From positions 1,364,001 through 1,428,000 of the forward strand of contig OZ218963.1 of assembly GCA_965112735.1 (NCBI GenBank): DNA of 64,000 bases, read 5' to 3'. The notes under the pieces were generated by a model that had not been told where the DNA came from, searched no databases, and saw only the letters and a program-made list of their open reading frames with translations. A program made the position numbers and the translations under genes. This document shows, one piece after another, positions 61,759 through 64,000 of this stretch. Every line of letters begins with the position of its first letter. Positions within the stretch are counted from its first letter, which is position 1. The DNA comes from Phaeosaccion multiseriatum (taxonomy: Eukaryota > Protista > Ochrophyta, other classes).

Positions 61759-62509
61759 GAGGAGGAGGAGGAGGAGAAGGAGGAGGACAGCGCCGTGAGG
61801 TGGGTCCCTCTTAATTTAAATAATGAGCTAACAACAAGCGAGGAGGAAAGAGAGCGAAAGGGAGCAGACAGACGGAGAGAGAGGGAGGAGAGGCAGGAGC
61901 CCAACGAAACGCAGCCACCTGCCAAGTGTACGCACCTGCGGGTTGGAGTAAGGCAGTGTTTGGAAACACATGAGCCACAGACACACGCCTGCCGCCCACA
62001 CATCGGCGGCGAAACCGTTGTAAGCATCCTCCTCGCCATCGGCCATCTGAGGAGCATATGGGCGGGGGGTGAGAGTGCCGAAGAGGACGTCCTGGAGTGA
62101 GGGTGGCGAGTTGAGTGAGTGAGTGAGTGAGTGAGTGAGAGGGAAGAGCAGTCGAGAAGGACAGGGAAGGGCAGCAATATGTAAAGTGAAACGAAAGACT
62201 GAGCTCATACCTCTGGTGCCCAGAAGCACCACGTTCCCTGCGTGTTGGTGAGCTGCCCTCTGCTCTTACTCCGAGTGACTGCAGAGAGGTTTCGGAAAGA
62301 ACGGTCTTTCTCCTCTTGGAAGCTGGAACCGTGAGCATGAAGCACAGAGAGCGCAGATACACAGACAGACAAGACGGATAGAGGCAGATGGACGGGAGAT
62401 AGGTAGACAGGCAGGCAGACAGACAGACCGGCAAACAGACGGGAGACAGACAACGGGTGACAGACAGACAGACAGACAGACAGGCAGACAGATAGACAGA
62501 TGGGAGAAA

Positions 62510-62564
<55 letters not shown>

Positions 62565-64000
62565 CAGGCAGACAGATGGACAGATAGACAGAGAGGCAGG
62601 CAGGCAGACAGATAGACAGACAGGCAGGCAGACAGGTAGATGGGAGATAGACAGACGGCAGGCGAGAGAAAAGAGAAAGTCAGGCAAATTTGAGGCGAAC
62701 AGAGATTTCAAACAAAAACAGGGGGTGGGGCTGCCTTGTCTCCGCTGTTGGAGCCCTGCTTGGCACTCAAACTCAAGCCAACATACCACAGACCGAGACC
62801 GAAACAAGGAGGGAAGGAGGGGAGGAGGGGGGAACGCTGAGGAACACCTTCCCTCTTCATCGTCTTTGTGTCTGACTGCACTGCGGCTCAGCAAAAGTTT
62901 GATGTGTAGTGATGCAGTGTCTGACTGTGTGTGTCTCCACCTCTTGCCTCTCTCTCTCTCCCCCTCTCACCTATGGGACACCCCAAAGTCGCTAATTCTT
63001 GCGTTGCCCGCATTGTCCACGAGAACGTTCTCAGGCTTGAGGTCCCTGAAAGGAGAAGACAGAGAGGGGCGAGGCCGGGGGGGGGGGGGTGGGTTTGAAA
63101 AGGAGGGCAGCGCGCATGGCTTGGAAGGGAGGGGGGGCACCGATCGATTGAAGCGCACAAGTTATTGAGAAAACAAGCACGGTGGACCCCCCCCCCCCCC
63201 GTACGTACGTACGTCGTACCTGTGCACAATGTAGTTGGTGTGGAGGAATTCCAGCGCCCCGAGGATCTGCGTAAAGTACGAAGCGGCGGTAGCGGGCGGC
63301 AACGGACCCTGCGAGCGAGGACTCACGTACATAGCTGGCGTTGTATACATATAGGCACACGGGAGAGAGTGACGAGACCATGGCAGCATAAGGCATGGTG
63401 GGTGGTGCATGGTGCAGAAGGGGGGGGCGGGAGAGCAAGGAATGGTTGGTCTCGGTGTAAAGGCAAAGTCGTTGCGAAGCAAGGGAACACGTCGAGAGGG
63501 GCAATTTATCAGTGTATGGGTACAGTACAGCACATCGCACATTCAGTCCAGTCACAGGGTGAACAAGCAAAAAAAGAGCAAAAGAGCAGGCCTCTCCCTC
63601 ATCGGGCGAGAGACACTCAGTCCGACCCTCTCATTCCAATCCTGCCCCACGCGTCTCAACATGGAGATTCCTTACCCCGCTCCGTCCACACGTACAATGC
63701 TCTCCCTCTTCTTCCCCTCGTCTCAACGTCCTATGCACACCCTCCACCTCCCCTCGTTCATCTCAACACTCCTGACCCCGTCCACTCCACCACTCTCACG
63801 CCTACGTAAGTAAGTATGGTCGCATCCGTAAGTGCGTACGTAGGTACTCACCTCTGTCGACGTCGTACTCCATGAGAGGCCCCCCTCTAACGTAGTCAAT
63901 GATGAGGTACAAGTGTCCCTCGTCAGGCACATCAATGACCTCGTGCAGCTGCACAACGTTGGGGTGGATGAGGAGCTTCATCAGGGCCACTTCTCGCATC
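60099..64000 (-). CDS. CaMKK/GRIK-like Ser/Thr protein kinase, 5' part outside window
   Basis: REVALMKLLIHPNVVQLHEVID..LYLIIDYVRGG, LEFLHTNYIVHR|DLKPENVL..ISDFGVSH, GTWCFWAPE, AADVWAAGVCLW, KLLHKDPKQRI..DPWL, then a low-complexity tail ending at 60099. Confidence 0.88.

Overview
Eukaryotic, intron-rich genomic DNA, most likely a photosynthetic stramenopile (ochrophyte); this is inferred from bipartite plastid-type presequences and a chlamydial-like TGT. Eleven spliced genes can be reconstructed with GT-AG introns: 3' part of UPF1 (+), COG7 (-), RPS5/uS7 (-), a putatively plastid-targeted CS-domain protein (+), a FAM92/CIBAR BAR-domain protein (-), a tRNA-guanine transglycosylase (+), a FANCJ-type helicase (-), an SPX-EXS (XPR1/PHO1-like) protein (-), a stand-alone GAF protein (+), a CLEC16A/TT9-like protein (+) and the 3' part of a CaMKK-like kinase (-). 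Several intergenic spacers are tiny while introns are packed with micro- and minisatellites. The most unusual signals are: (1) a 15-nt motif CAGTTGRTGRTACAG found 14 times, mostly in CAG/CTG-rich tracts, across five unrelated loci, on both strands and in exons, introns and spacer DNA; (2) two different non-autonomous TIR elements sharing TCGGC...GCCGA ends and perfect 6-bp TSDs; (3) a TA-targeting foldback MITE cluster with a copy nested in another copy; (4) an inverted, decayed duplicate of the GAF gene 3' end 46 kb away; (5) an SPX domain that has lost most of its inositol-pyrophosphate-binding lysines. Gene identities come from motif recognition, not database searches, and exon boundaries were read by eye.
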